Shown: one piece after another, positions 13,247-25,900 of the stretch
Position numbering within the stretch: the first letter of the stretch is position 1
Layout: each line of letters opens with the position of its first letter
Origin: Neodothiora populina
Lineage: Eukaryota
DNA: 64,000 nt
Direction: 5' to 3'
Assembly: GCF_041146345.1 (NCBI RefSeq)
Contig: NW_027191404.1
Span: 1,426,001-1,490,000 of the forward strand
Translations under genes and position numbers: made by a program
Notes under the pieces: model-generated
What the model was told of the DNA's origin: nothing
The model's input: only the letters and a program-made list of their open reading frames with translations
Databases searched by the model: none

Positions 13247-13283
13247 CTCGCCGCATGAACCAACAGGTTGTCTTTCTTTCTCC

Positions 13284-13437
13284 ATACTTACCTTGTGATG
13301 GAGGGGGCGATCAAGAAAGCCTTCCTCCCGGGAGAGTGCCCTGCATTGCACAGCGCGGCGGCGTCCTCCCGTGCATCTCTCTACGGAGGGCTGTTATCGC
13401 GCAATTTTTGCTGGACTACCATGACCTTTGGTTTAAT
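13284..13437 (+). ncRNA. U1: U1 spliceosomal snRNA
   Basis: 5' ATACTTACCT splice-site recognition sequence; SL1 GGAGGGGGC-GATCAAGAAA-GCCTTCCTCC (U1-70K loop); SL2 with ATTGCAC loop (U1A site); SL3 CTCTCTACGGAGGG; closing helix GTGAT/ATCGC; Sm site AATTTTTG at 13403-13410. 3' end approximate. Confidence 0.92.
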
Positions 13438-14258
13438 TCTTTTCATTGCTTTCTTGGTCCCTGGTTGGACTGAGATGTGAAGAAGAGTTGATGTGTGTTT
13501 GATGAGGCTTGGGTGGATGTATCATGCTATGTGTAGCTCTGTCCTTGTCCTGGTGAGTTAGGATGAGGCTTGGAGTCCTGTGTTTTGATATAAAGCACGT
13601 TATCATGCCTGTGTTATGCTAGATCTTGCCGGTCTCGTGTTCAGCTCGCGCAGCGTAGGTAGGTAGACTGTCTTGTTGAAGTCCTCTTCTTGTGGGCATG
13701 ACTGACGAGATAATAATTGATCGTCTTGGAAGATCGATCTATCTATGTTTCCGGTTTCCTCAAAACTAATGAGCTGTGCAGTGGAATGAGTTCTCATATG
13801 TGCCCCCTGCTACCAAACCTCAGAGGTTGAAGCAGTCTGCCCAGGATTTGTGATATAGACATTTCTCGCTAAAGACGTTGATGTTCATACGACGTGGTCA
13901 GCTCGAAGGAGCCGTTCGATTCCTAGCAATAGCCCAATGTGACAATGTTTGGTCTCTCTAGTCAGAAACTGGAGGAATGTTACCTTGAGACGTGTTATAG
14001 CCATCTTTCGCAGTGGGCGGCAGATGCCGTGAGTAAGTGTCCCATCCGGGGAATGCCAGGCAGCTGTTGCAGCGTCACCAATCCCGACGCGGCGAGCTTC
14101 AAGCTACAGGCCTGCATCTTATCCAACCCATCACCACTGCATCAACAAATATCACCTCTTCACTTTGACAACCTTTTCATCTCTCGACCATCTCTCAACC
14201 GCTGTCACTGCTCACACATCACTGCCCTCACAGCCAACATAGCAACACATAACCCATA

Positions 14259-15314
14259 ATGGATACACTAGTGGCGCAGTACAGCCGTCCGGCATACCAA
14301 GACGAGGGCTACACACAAGAGGAGCAACTCGACCTCGTAGACGTGGCGCCACCGCTCGATCTGAAGTTTGCTCTGCCGCCTACTGCTCAAGTATGGCGAT
14401 TCAGTCTGTCTTTCTCTGGTTCATCTGACTAACATGTCTCTACAAGGCATCATCATGGTTGCGTGCAATGACCGACGACCACAGCAATCCCAACTGCCCC
14501 ATCAAGATCGCTCACGGAACGACGACACTCGCTTTCAGATTCCAAGGTGGCATCATCGTCGCCACTGATTCTCGCGCCACTGCTGGAAACTGGATCGCTT
14601 CGCAGACCGTCAAGAAGGTTATCGAGATCAACCCACAATTACTCGGCACGATGGCTGGTGGTGCCGCTGTAAGATCATCTACACGCCCTTGAAGGGAGAA
14701 CAATGCAGACCTTTTGTCTTGTCCCGGAGAGCAAAGGCTGACTCGTGTGTCTACACAGGATTGTCAATACTGGCTCGCATACCTAGGCATGCAGTGCCGT
14801 CTCCACGAACTTAGACACAAGAAGCGCATCTCCGTCGCTGCAGCATCAAAGATCCTCGCCAACCTTGTGTACTCATACAAGGGCATGGGTCTAAGCATGG
14901 TGAGACTGTTTGGTGCATTACGGCGATGCATGCATAATCTAACGCTCTCATCTACAGGGGACCATGTGCGCAGGCGTCACCCCCGAGGAAGGTCCTGCAC
15001 TCTACTACATCGACAGTGACGGCACTCGTCTCTCTGGAAATCTTTTCTGTGTTGGATCTGGCCAGACGTTCGCTTATGGTGTACTCGACGCCAACTACTC
15101 GTACGACCTGTCAGTTGAAGACGCCCTCGAGCTCGGAAAGCGAAGTATCCTCGCGGCCACCCACAGAGACGCCTTTTCTGGTGGTTTCATCAACTTGTAC
15201 CACGTCAAGGAGAGCGGTTGGGTCAAGCACGGCTTCATGGACACGAATCCCATCTTCTGGCAGACGAAGTTGGAGAAGGGCGAATTCTCCAACGTTACCG
15301 CCGACCTCAACTAG
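14259..15314 (+). CDS. PRE2: 20S proteasome beta5 subunit (chymotrypsin-like), 3 introns
   Basis: [11 protein letters not shown] start; propeptide junction [63 protein letters not shown]. Confidence 0.97.
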
Positions 15315-16356
15315 ACATCGACCGAGGCAGCACGGGCAGAAAGAGACGTCACAGGGAGCAGATATTCGCATCAAGACATGGGAAGATGAACGTTGCCTGG
15401 TCATGACGCGGCGCACCGAGGCATAGTGGGCCGTGGCGTTCTGGGCGAAGGAAGGGCTGTACAATACTGCATTTAATCTGTGGGCAATAGATTCACCATT
15501 GATACCTTCCCACCTGCCTTTGGTCCACACATGACCGCTCACCAGTGCTGGGATGTAAGGTAGCTCGAGGGCAAGAGGCTTACGAGTTGGAGCTCAACAT
15601 ATGGTCTCAAGGCACGACAGATGACAAAACATCACATGAACCGAAGCTCGATCATTACAAAGCAGTGTGTGACATTGTCAAGACCGAAGACTTTGTGACT
15701 TCGTACCATTCGTTTTCCTGCACCTTGAGCGTGAACGCGTGAGGCAGTACAGTACTGTACCTTGAGGTATCCAATTCAGTGTAGAAGGTATACGTCACCG
15801 CCTGCCTATAACAGACTCCGGCGGAGGTTGAGGCCCGAGCATTTGCAAGAAGCATGTGGCGTGCTTGTGATTTGTGGTCGAGTAGAACGCACGAGTCGCA
15901 CGAGCAGAGAAGCGATCAGAAATCACCATCGTAAGCAGGGCGTGCAGCATCGAGTTTCGAAAAGAGTCAAGCGGATCAAGTCTACTACTGTACCGTATGT
16001 GGCACGACAGCCGGTGCCCATTCCCCGCCATCTGATCATTCGTCGTCAGCGCTTTCGTACACAGCTGCCTGTACTTCAGCGTACTATAATGACTAGGTAT
16101 ATCTTGAGGGTGTATATAGCACATGTGATATAGTCCCGATAACTGCACCTTCCGTACACTCCAGATCGTGTCGCCTTTGACTGCTACCTCCGACAAAAGC
16201 AGCAGCGGCGAGCACGTCCTGATGTCATTCGCATAGGATTCTCGATCCTCAATTCTCACATCCACATCAATCATACCTTACCCTAGCTAGGTCTGGGACA
16301 ACCCCCGGACAAGCAGGTCACACACACCTACACTTTCTCCAAACCACACCTGCAGC

Positions 16357-19300
16357 ATGCCCGTCTCACCAGCAGAGAGGGAGCTGGGCATTTTCCTGCG
16401 CGATCTGCCCCGCGAATATAACCACAGATACACAGAGGAGGCCGAGAATAAAGTACGGGAAACCCTCTTCCGCTCCCTGGCCGGCAACGACAATCACACC
16501 CTCCGCCTTCTTTTCCCCTCTGGTCCACCACCGACGGGACAGCCCTGGAGGCTACGTGATGCTCAGGGAGCAGTGGATGGGGCAGAATACACAGCGGCGG
16601 CAAAAGGTCATCCTTGCGGACACATCTTCAAGGCGGGCGAATCGACATACCACTGCAAGACATGCGCGGCAGACGACACTTGTGTGCTGTGCGCAAAGTG
16701 CTTCACCGAGAGCGACCATGAAGGCCACATGGTGTACATAAGCGTCAGTCCCGGAAATAGTGGATGCTGCGACTGCGCCGACGACGAGGCTTGGGTCAGA
16801 CCCGTCCACTGCTCCATCCATTCCGCCGACACCGACCCCGCCACGCAAGACAAGGGCAAGACGAGTCAACCCTCTGCTCTGCCGGACGAGCTGCTCGAAC
16901 TCGTTCGTATGACCATCGGCAAGGCTTTCGACTATCTCTGCGATGTCTTCTCCTGCTCGCCCGAACAATTGCGTTTATCCAAGACGGAAGAAAGTGTAAA
17001 GTCCGATGAGCTGCTGTCGAGGCTCACCTCCGACCGCTACGGTGGCCCCGAGGTCATGGAGTCGGATGAAGAGTATGCCTTGATTCTGTGGAATGACGAG
17101 AAGCACACGGTCACAGATGTGCGGGACCAGGTTGCAAAAGCGTGCAAGCAGAGGAAAACATTCGGCTTCGAGAAAGCCATGGAGGTCAACGACACAGGAC
17201 GCAGCATCATACACTACTCGAAAGACATCAAAGAGCTGCTGGCCATGGCTGCAATCATAGAACAACTCAAGGTGTCGGTGACGGTGAGATCTGCCAGGGA
17301 CACCTTCCGGGAGCAAATGTGTGGGACTGTGGTAGACTGGATATCAGACATCTCTGGCTGCAGCTACGCTTCCGATCCTCATATCCTGCGCAACACTGTG
17401 TGCCAGCAGCTTCTCCAGCCTTGGCGCATGGGAAGCGAGGCCACGAACGAGAGTGTTGGCCAGAAGGGCATCGACGATCACGAACACGAAGATAACGTAC
17501 GAGAGCGACGTGCGAACGCTAGATGGTTTAGACCCATGGCTGGCATCAACATCGTGAGGGTCGATATCGAGCCCGACGACGACGGCGCCGATGATGATGA
17601 GGATGATGACGATGACGAGGGCGATGACGAGGACGGCGAAGAAGCCTTTATATTGGAGGAAGAGCTGGACGAAGCAATGGACGACGGTGACGAGCAAGAA
17701 GCCATGGAAGTCGACGACGACCAAGGTCATTTCGTTGTTCTTCCCGAGAACGATCTGGATCTGGAGATGGACACCGAGGGGCCTGGCGAGATATTTGAAG
17801 CCACTCATGCTGGCTATCCGCCTCCGCCCGCGCCGCCTGGTGGAAGAACCCGACGGACAAGAGCGGCCACAAATGAGGAATCCGACGAGAGCGAAGCCCA
17901 ACAATCCACTCAATCCGTCGCTCCTTTCTCCAACCTACCCAAGACGCCCAAACACAAGGTGAGGCCTCCGAGGCCGCCCAGACCTGCCAAATACTGGCTC
18001 GAAGTTCCGGACGAGTACAAATCGCGATCTGCGAACTCACCAGAGGAGGACCTGTGGCAAAGGGTCCGCCTTGACTATCTAATTCTCTACGATCTCAGGC
18101 TATGGAAGACTCTGCGTATAGACTTGCGCCATCTCTACATTAGCACTGTCGTTACTGTGCCACAGTTCAAGCGGATATTGGGTCTGCGCTTTGCCGGCTT
18201 GTACACGATGCTTGCCCAGCTCTACCTTATTGCGGACCGTGAGCCGGACCACTCGATTATCAATCTGTCCGTTCAGATGCTCACAACGCCCTCCATCACC
18301 GCCGAGGTTGTCGAGCGCGGCAACTTTCTGACCAACCTAATGGCAATCCTATACACTTTCCTGACGACTCGCCAGGTTGGCTTCCCGTCCGACGTCAACC
18401 CCACCGCGACCCTTGCATTTGACCAAGGAGCTGTCACCAACAGGCGCATGTTTCATTTCTTCATTGACACACGATACATGTTCCAGTCCGCATTTGTGCA
18501 GGAGAAGGTACGCACCGAACAACGCTATCTTCTACAATTCTTGGATCTCGTCAAGCTTCACCAAGGCATATGTCCCAACGTCCGTGCTGTTGGTGAGCAT
18601 GTGGAGTATGAAGCAGATGCTTGGATAAGTGCATCTATGATCATCAAGGAGGTGAACAGGCTCTGCCGACAAGTTGCCGAATCTTTCAAGACTGTCGAGC
18701 ATTCCGACTTTGCACCGATCCAACGCGCTATCCGTCACACTGCCCAAGCAACATTCATCAACGCCATCGGCACCGAACGAAGTAGATTCACCGGGGCGGA
18801 AACCAAACATGCCGAGAAATTCCATTGCTTCCATCACGCCAGGACGCTGAAGGTGGATCCAGAGGTAGACCGAAGTCAGTTTGCACACGTCTATCCGACG
18901 TCGGACGCCATCCAGGGCGGTCGCGACTACAGCATACCATCCTTTGAAGTAGCGAACGGAGCTATGAGCTTCCATCACCCATTACATTATCTGCTGTCAT
19001 GGCTGCTCGAAGCAGGGAAGAGTATGACAAGAACAGAAATGCTCCGAGTCCTTCACTTCGATCAAGCCGATCAAAGGGATCCATGGACGCCTAATTGGAA
19101 GCCCGCCCCTTCGAACGGTCCTTTCAAACCCGATGAGGTCGTGTCCATGCTTTTCGAACATCCTCTACGCGTGTGTACGTGGCTAGCTCAGATGCGTGCT
19201 GGAATGTGGGTTCGCAACGGTATTACCTTGCGCCATCAGATGCACACTTACCGCGGTACGTCCCAGCGCGACGTATCCTTTCAGCGAGACATCTTGCTGC

Positions 19301-22300
19301 TGCAAGCTGGTCTTGTTCTCTGCGGTAGTGAGGAGGAACCTCTGGGCGTGCGATTTCTTGCGCAGATCATCGACCGCTTCAACCTCAATGACTGGGTGTG
19401 CGGCGTATACGATCCACCAGAGGAGTACGATGAGCAACAGCGTCTTGACGTCGTGGAAGAGTTCTATCATCTGCTCATCGTGCTGTTGAGTGAGAGACAG
19501 AACCTGATCCCAGGTGCAGACAATGCCGACTCGCATGTCAAGGCTATTCAGCGGGATATTGCTCACGTCTTGTGCTTCAAGCCGCTGTCATTCTCTGACA
19601 TTTCTGCACGACTGACCGACAGGGTTGCGGACTCGGAAGAGTTTGACAGCATCCTAGAAGACATGACCACATTCCGCTCTCCTGAAGGCCTTAACGATTC
19701 CGGCACCTTCGAGCTACATCCCGAGTTCATCGAACTGGTGGATCCTTACTACGCGTATTATAACCGCAATCAGCGCGAAGAATCCGAGAGTATTCACAGG
19801 CAACATATTGCTAAGCTGACCGGCAAGGCTGCTGCGGATGTTGTCTACGAGCCCAGGCTTCCTGCGATAACCTCTGGCCTTTTCCGAGACTTGAGTGCTT
19901 TTACCCAGTCTCCACTCTTCGAAGATGTCGTCTTTTTCGGACTCGCATTCCCGTTGAAGATTCTCGAGAAAGACCCCCAGTGCTCGTTCTTCACGAAACT
20001 CGAGGGGTTGACGCACGTGATTCTACATCTCACACTGATAGCAGTCATGGAAGACAAGGGTCCAATTGACAGTGCCGAAACGCAAGAAAGCTTCATAAGG
20101 CTTGCGATTGGCACGTCTGCCTTGACACCATCACCAGGCACCATCTTCGAACTATTGTACAAATACCTAGCTACGCAAGAGTTCGCTTCGTGCGCGCCAA
20201 AGATCCGTCTTATTCTAGACAAGATGTCACAGAAGTGGCCTGAGGCGTTCGCTGATGCGGTAGCTGTAGTGAGACCGAGCGGCAGACCTGTCGCCGATCC
20301 GGCTTCTAGTGGAAATGAAGATGCCAAAGCACTCAAGAAAAAACAGGCACTCGAGCGACAAGCCAAGGTCATGGCTTCATTCAAGGCCCAGCAGAATTCA
20401 TTCATGGCAAACCAGGGTCTGGATATCGAAGATGAGGATTTCAGTGACATGGATGAAGACGCAGAGCAATCCACACATACAGCACCAGAGGAAAGAGCCT
20501 GGGAGTTCCCCACTGGCTCATGTATGCTCTGTCAGGAAGAGACCGACGACAAGCGATTATATGGAACTTTCGCCTTCATCGGGCCTAGCAGGATACTTCG
20601 ACAGACGCCAGTCAATGATGAGGACTTTGTCAAAGAAGTACTCGAAACACCTCCGAGTCTGGATCGCTCCGCAGAAGATATCAGACCTTTCGGAGTCGCT
20701 AAAGGCGCGGAAGAGACATTTCAGAAGATCAATGCAGACGGCTCTGTGTCGGTGCAGAAGCGACAAGGTCTTTCCAAGGGTTTCCCAAAAAGTGAGAACA
20801 TCGAAGGGCCGGTTGTAACAAGCTGTGGACATTTGATGCACTACAACTGTTTCGAGACCTACATGGTTGCTACCGAAAGAAGACACGCGACCCAGATTGC
20901 TCGTAATCATCCAGAGCGGGCTGATTCGAAAGAATTTCTCTGCCCGCTCTGCAAAGCTCTGGGCAACACTTTCCTACCGATTTTATGGAAGGACAAGCGT
21001 TTTGGTTTTCCAGGAGCATTGGCTAAAGTGGATCAGACGATCGATTATGACAACTGGTTGAAGCATACAGGTCCTCACGAGCTGCTGGAAACAGCGCAGC
21101 TTCCTCTTGTCTTCAACTCATGGCGACAAGGACACCTTGACTACTTGCAGACAGCTCTGAACCCTACTCTGGCTACCACACTGCCGCAGCTAAGACAGTC
21201 GTCTCCTGCACCTGCTGAGGCGTCTGGGACCGACTACATGTCAGACGACTTTCCTCCTCCGGAGCCTACTCCACTGGAGCGCTCTCGTTCTGCTCTACCT
21301 GAGCTCGTTCAAAGAGCAGCAATCGAGCTTGGTCTAGTATCTCGTCCTACAAACTCCGAGCCACAGAGCCCTCCTCCGGCCGAAGAGCTCCGACACGCCT
21401 TCACTCGTATTGAGACGAGCATGCGTCCGAATAAAGTCATCAGCTCGGAGAGTACCTATCTAGAACCAGGAACCCAAAGCTCCAGTGTGCAGACCTCGGA
21501 AGCGCTTGCCAACGCACTTGCATTCACGATTTCGAGTGTTGAGATTGCTCATCGTGGCGTAGCTCCAGCCGACGGTATTGTGAATACCACAGTACTAGAC
21601 GCTGTGCCTGAGCAGACAATGACCACATTGAAGATTCTCTCGGAAACCCTCACATCTATCACAGCGCAGGCAGCAACCAGACCGTTGCCTATTGCCGGTG
21701 CCGATTCAAGGGTGCACCGGTCCTGGTATAGCCAACTTGGACATTTACTCGGCCAGAGTGTCCTTGATAGTACATTGTTTTCGAGTCATTCTCTTCTCGA
21801 AAATGATCTGTTCATCTTCTTTGCCACGTGCACTGTAAACGAACTCCCGATGGGCGACGATATGCACCACGTTCTTCGCCTCTGTTTTTCTGCAGAAGTG
21901 ATCAAAGTCCTTCTCGTCTTTTTTGGCAGGCAGTCTTTGGGCGGACAGAAGTTGGACCCGGCTACCAAGCGATGGGAGCACCCCATCGACGAGCCTGTTT
22001 CTTATTTCCAACAGTGGATCACTTCCAACCACGAGTGGCTGACCAGCCACAAGGAAGATGGGTCGGGCTTTCCATGCGCAACAGCACTCCGTCTAGCGAC
22101 TCGGAACGACTATCATGACGAAATCGACATCGCCGACGGGACTCCATGGCCCGAGCTGCTTCTGCAAGGCGACATGGCGGCTGCGTTGGAGACTTTGATA
22201 GACAGATACGCCCTCGTCTTTCTGCGGAAAGTTCTCATCCTTCTACACGTACGTTTTGGTATCGACTTCTCCCTCTCGGATGAGTTCATCGACCCCAACA

Positions 22301-22953
22301 CTACCGAACTCGCACGGCTCGCACGTCTCCTCCGTCTACCTCAGCCCTCGGAGATCTTCCAACAACTAGGCTCCGCCACAGCCTCAGGAGAAGCCTTGCG
22401 CAGACTCGCATGCAAATGGGCACTGGCAGCGTCATCGAGCCTTCCATTCCACGTGCTCCGCCCGAAAGCCCAATCCCTCTCCCACCCATCCATCTTCGAA
22501 CTAGTAGGCCTGCCCAAGAACTACGACACGCTGACCGAAGAAGCAATCAAACGGCGATGCCCAACAACAGGCAAGGAAATCACCGACCCAGCAATATGTC
22601 TTTTCTGCAGCGAGATCTTCTGCTCGCAAGCCGGCTGCTGCATGCGCGACCGCAGCAAAGGCGGCTGCTACCAGCACCGAGCCAAATGCGGCGGCGCCAT
22701 CGGCGTGTTCATCTCTATCCGCAAATGCATGGTGCTGTTCTTGCATAATAGCCACGGCAGCTGGTTCCACGCCCCGTATCTGGACAGGCACGGTGAAGTG
22801 GATCCGACGCTCAGGAGACACCACCAGTTGTTTCTGAATCAGAAGAGGTACGATCGCTTGATCAGGGAGGCGTGGCTCAGCGGGGGCGTGCAGAGCGTCA
22901 TCAGTAGACGGTTGGAGGGCGATATGAATACTGGGGGCTGGGAGACGCTGTAG
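16357..22953 (+). CDS. UBR1: N-degron (N-end rule) E3 ubiquitin ligase Ubr1, 2198 aa, apparently single exon
   Basis: UBR box (CGHIFKAGESTYHCKTC..CCDC), ClpS-like LWNDEKH, RING-H2 (CMLCQE..CGHLMHYNC..CPLCK), C-terminal APYLDRHGEVD and GGWETL end. Confidence 0.96.
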   Translation: MPVSPAERELGIFLRDLPREYNHRYTEEAENKVRETLFRSLAGNDNHTLRLLFPSGPPPTGQPWRLRDAQGAVDGAEYTAAAKGHPCGHIFKAGESTYHCKTCAADDTCVLCAKCFTESDHEGHMVYISVSPGNSGCCDCADDEAWVRPVHCSIHSADTDPATQDKGKTSQPSALPDELLELVRMTIGKAFDYLCDVFSCSPEQLRLSKTEESVKSDELLSRLTSDRYGGPEVMESDEEYALILWNDEKHTVTDVRDQVAKACKQRKTFGFEKAMEVNDTGRSIIHYSKDIKELLAMAAIIEQLKVSVTVRSARDTFREQMCGTVVDWISDISGCSYASDPHILRNTVCQQLLQPWRMGSEATNESVGQKGIDDHEHEDNVRERRANARWFRPMAGINIVRVDIEPDDDGADDDEDDDDDEGDDEDGEEAFILEEELDEAMDDGDEQEAMEVDDDQGHFVVLPENDLDLEMDTEGPGEIFEATHAGYPPPPAPPGGRTRRTRAATNEESDESEAQQSTQSVAPFSNLPKTPKHKVRPPRPPRPAKYWLEVPDEYKSRSANSPEEDLWQRVRLDYLILYDLRLWKTLRIDLRHLYISTVVTVPQFKRILGLRFAGLYTMLAQLYLIADREPDHSIINLSVQMLTTPSITAEVVERGNFLTNLMAILYTFLTTRQVGFPSDVNPTATLAFDQGAVTNRRMFHFFIDTRYMFQSAFVQEKVRTEQRYLLQFLDLVKLHQGICPNVRAVGEHVEYEADAWISASMIIKEVNRLCRQVAESFKTVEHSDFAPIQRAIRHTAQATFINAIGTERSRFTGAETKHAEKFHCFHHARTLKVDPEVDRSQFAHVYPTSDAIQGGRDYSIPSFEVANGAMSFHHPLHYLLSWLLEAGKSMTRTEMLRVLHFDQADQRDPWTPNWKPAPSNGPFKPDEVVSMLFEHPLRVCTWLAQMRAGMWVRNGITLRHQMHTYRGTSQRDVSFQRDILLLQAGLVLCGSEEEPLGVRFLAQIIDRFNLNDWVCGVYDPPEEYDEQQRLDVVEEFYHLLIVLLSERQNLIPGADNADSHVKAIQRDIAHVLCFKPLSFSDISARLTDRVADSEEFDSILEDMTTFRSPEGLNDSGTFELHPEFIELVDPYYAYYNRNQREESESIHRQHIAKLTGKAAADVVYEPRLPAITSGLFRDLSAFTQSPLFEDVVFFGLAFPLKILEKDPQCSFFTKLEGLTHVILHLTLIAVMEDKGPIDSAETQESFIRLAIGTSALTPSPGTIFELLYKYLATQEFASCAPKIRLILDKMSQKWPEAFADAVAVVRPSGRPVADPASSGNEDAKALKKKQALERQAKVMASFKAQQNSFMANQGLDIEDEDFSDMDEDAEQSTHTAPEERAWEFPTGSCMLCQEETDDKRLYGTFAFIGPSRILRQTPVNDEDFVKEVLETPPSLDRSAEDIRPFGVAKGAEETFQKINADGSVSVQKRQGLSKGFPKSENIEGPVVTSCGHLMHYNCFETYMVATERRHATQIARNHPERADSKEFLCPLCKALGNTFLPILWKDKRFGFPGALAKVDQTIDYDNWLKHTGPHELLETAQLPLVFNSWRQGHLDYLQTALNPTLATTLPQLRQSSPAPAEASGTDYMSDDFPPPEPTPLERSRSALPELVQRAAIELGLVSRPTNSEPQSPPPAEELRHAFTRIETSMRPNKVISSESTYLEPGTQSSSVQTSEALANALAFTISSVEIAHRGVAPADGIVNTTVLDAVPEQTMTTLKILSETLTSITAQAATRPLPIAGADSRVHRSWYSQLGHLLGQSVLDSTLFSSHSLLENDLFIFFATCTVNELPMGDDMHHVLRLCFSAEVIKVLLVFFGRQSLGGQKLDPATKRWEHPIDEPVSYFQQWITSNHEWLTSHKEDGSGFPCATALRLATRNDYHDEIDIADGTPWPELLLQGDMAAALETLIDRYALVFLRKVLILLHVRFGIDFSLSDEFIDPNTTELARLARLLRLPQPSEIFQQLGSATASGEALRRLACKWALAASSSLPFHVLRPKAQSLSHPSIFELVGLPKNYDTLTEEAIKRRCPTTGKEITDPAICLFCSEIFCSQAGCCMRDRSKGGCYQHRAKCGGAIGVFISIRKCMVLFLHNSHGSWFHAPYLDRHGEVDPTLRRHHQLFLNQKRYDRLIREAWLSGGVQSVISRRLEGDMNTGGWETL

Positions 22954-25900
22954 TTGGTCAGAAAGTCTGTTGCTTCTTGGATATTTTTCGTCCCGTCCTG
23001 ATGGCAGATTTTCACCAGCTCCCCCTTTATTGCAGCAGATGAACAAGGAGTCGCGAGGAAAGGACTAGATGGCAAAAGGCGCCTGCGAAGGACAGAAATG
23101 CACAACTAGGCAGAAAAGATGATTAAGTTCAAATAGCTATACATACATATTACATATTCACATATTGCATGAAACCCCCCTTCTCAACCCTTTCTTTCCA
23201 CGAACCCTGGTCTTGAGTGCTTCCTTCTTCGTCAATTGTATTCGACGACTTTCCTCCCGGCCCCTCAAGGCTGTTTACTGTCCTGAATTTACTTGCCTGT
23301 CTTGAACGGGAAAATGCTACAAGATGTGTGTGGGCCATTTGACTACAGGAGATATTTCGTTGGGAGACAAATGGATCGAGTAGTGATATAAGGAGAGAAG
23401 AGGAGACTGGAGCACGAGGTAGAGCAGTGCCAGTAAGCATGTCAGATGTCTGAATGCCGCTGATCGAGAGTGATAAGTGGAGACGGCGGTGCTTGCGGTG
23501 AATAATCCTACTCTCGGAGGAAAACACAGTCAGGCCAACGTCATATATCATCCTTCGTGGTCACTCTGTGGTTTCATGGCCGAGGACATTAGATGACAAG
23601 TATCACCAGAGCCAAGAGGTCATCCCAAGGACGCCTGACGTGAACACTGCCATCCTTCAGAACGCCTAGGGGCAAGACAGGCAACAATCATTGAACCTTG
23701 CGCTCGTTTACCTTTGCCTCTGCTGAGGTGAAGTAGGACTATTTCGCTCCAGTGTGCTACAGTTGCTCGTACAGTACATCACAATGTCGCTCGGGAACAG
23801 AAATCGACCGAGACGGTAGAGCCCTGTCGTCGAGTGCGAGCTTTTGGGTGACGCCGCAAGACACCAAGGGAGAAGCTCGAGATTTCCGTCCGCAGGATTT
23901 CTTTGACCGTGGATATGCGAGAAAGAATCTCGATGGAGCGTAAACGAGATGCTCGTATCGGCGGCGATCGATGATCTCCCAATACACCAGAAGCCTATTC
24001 CGGTACATTACACGACGTATCTGATCCATGCGTTGGAAGCATGAACCCAAAGGCGCGAGAACAATGCGATCAGATTGAAATGGAACGATGTTGATAGCAT
24101 GGAGCCTGCAGGATGGATGAGCATAAGGGGGGCTTGCATGAATGTTCGTGGTAAAAACCTGGTGTACATACTCCGGAGTAGTCGCCGCGAGGAGAAGGTT
24201 GAGATAGTCACGGTTTTGTAGGCTCGCTAAAACCCGGCAAATGACGAAATGTGAAGTAGCGTGTAGCAATGGCAAGGACCCTTTGACTCGTAACTTAAGG
24301 GTAGATTAATCTTTGGCTCCTGCGATAGGAAAATGCTCCGATGCCAATATTGTGATCCGAGAAGGCGATGCTCCACGTTCCAAACTCATATCGAGATGTC
24401 CGACAATCTCGTGTCCAAGGGCAAGGGTCCTCGCTACCTTGGCTGACGTCCTTTCTTTTGTTCATCCTTCTTTGTGTTCGGACCTGGCCCCGGTCTCTGA
24501 GTAAGTATAGGTATGGAAAGTGTTCGTTTCGAACGACATGCAGCAACTGGAGGTCAAGCTGAATTTCGACGAGCGAATCAGGTGCGCCTTGCATGATTAG
24601 ACGTCGTCTGAACAATCCTGCTGTGCATCAGGATAGTGTCAGTGCTGCGTCATGATGCCGGAGACGAGCAGGCTTGGAAGCGTTCCGCCGACTGTTCGAC
24701 CTAGAGGAAGGCCCACTGGCCTGTACAGTAAAGTAATCGGCTGCCTTCGGTACGGAGGCGGCTCCAGGATACAAGGCTGCAGCAACATGTACAGAGGCCG
24801 TTTTGACCTCAGCTTCCTTGATCACGCTCGCCAGTTGCAGTGGTACTTGCTTACCTTAACTTTACCGGTGTACTGTACGGTATGTAAGCTGCCTTCATTG
24901 CTTCACACAAGCGACACCCGTTGCGGTGTACAAAGGTACGGAGTACAGTCCGGGCGGAACCGGTCCGTTAAACTTAGAAACGAGGCGGAAACCCCGGATC
25001 TATGAATAAGGTACTATACTTCGCTACTTGTATCTATCCGTAAATCCTTCTATGCCTTCAAGGTGTCCAGCCTCTTTATGCGGGCGATTAGTACCGAAAT
25101 ACCAGCACTGATCACCGCATAGCAGCCAGCGTGACGGCTCACAGGCTCGTACAACATTCAAATAAGCTCCGGCTACGGGTAATTGTACAAATGTCGTGAC
25201 TAGAACACATGTTCGTTGTGTGTTTAGGTTCCTTCATTCATGCGCTCTAGGAGACGGTTCTCTTACTAACACAAAATTGACGGCTCATGGTCCTGTCTAC
25301 AGTTCTGACAAGCTTGTGTGGAAAAATACTACTCAAAATTGCCTTTCGTACTTCGCATTCAGCAGCCGTGCAGTGATGCAACTATGAGTCCACTTGCTAA
25401 GTGGGACTGACATGATAGACGCGAAGGTGTTTATTAATATTGTGACAGTGCCTAGCTCACAGTGGCATATAGTGAGCAGAAGCAGGTATTCCTCACGAGT
25501 GTCGCGACCAACAAAGTATTCTTATCTCCGTAGTAGCTTCGCCTCACCCTACGCGCATTAGAGACAGAAAAGTCGTGGTACAACTCCTATACGCGCGGAG
25601 GAGCGGGCTACAATATTCTCGGAGCCATTTGCTTGGCGATCCTATAAAGACTTTCTGACTTCAACTTTGTGAAATCCATACAGCAACGGAAACCGTGAGT
25701 TCCGAGATTTCATGTTCGATAGAAAGCGTGTGCGCCAGCCGCAATGGCGTATAGGGCCGTGTGGAACACTCTTCCTGAACGGGACAATAACTGACACATT
25801 AATCATATTCGAAGAAAGTGCCGGCTCCTCTAGTGTCCCGGTAGCTGAATGGACCGACAGGTTTCGGGAGATCACTCGTAAATGGCTTGACTGTGTTACA

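Noticed and set aside
13255..13480. Two 70-72 aa ORFs
   Set aside because: They overlap the U1 snRNA gene, which explains the sequence.
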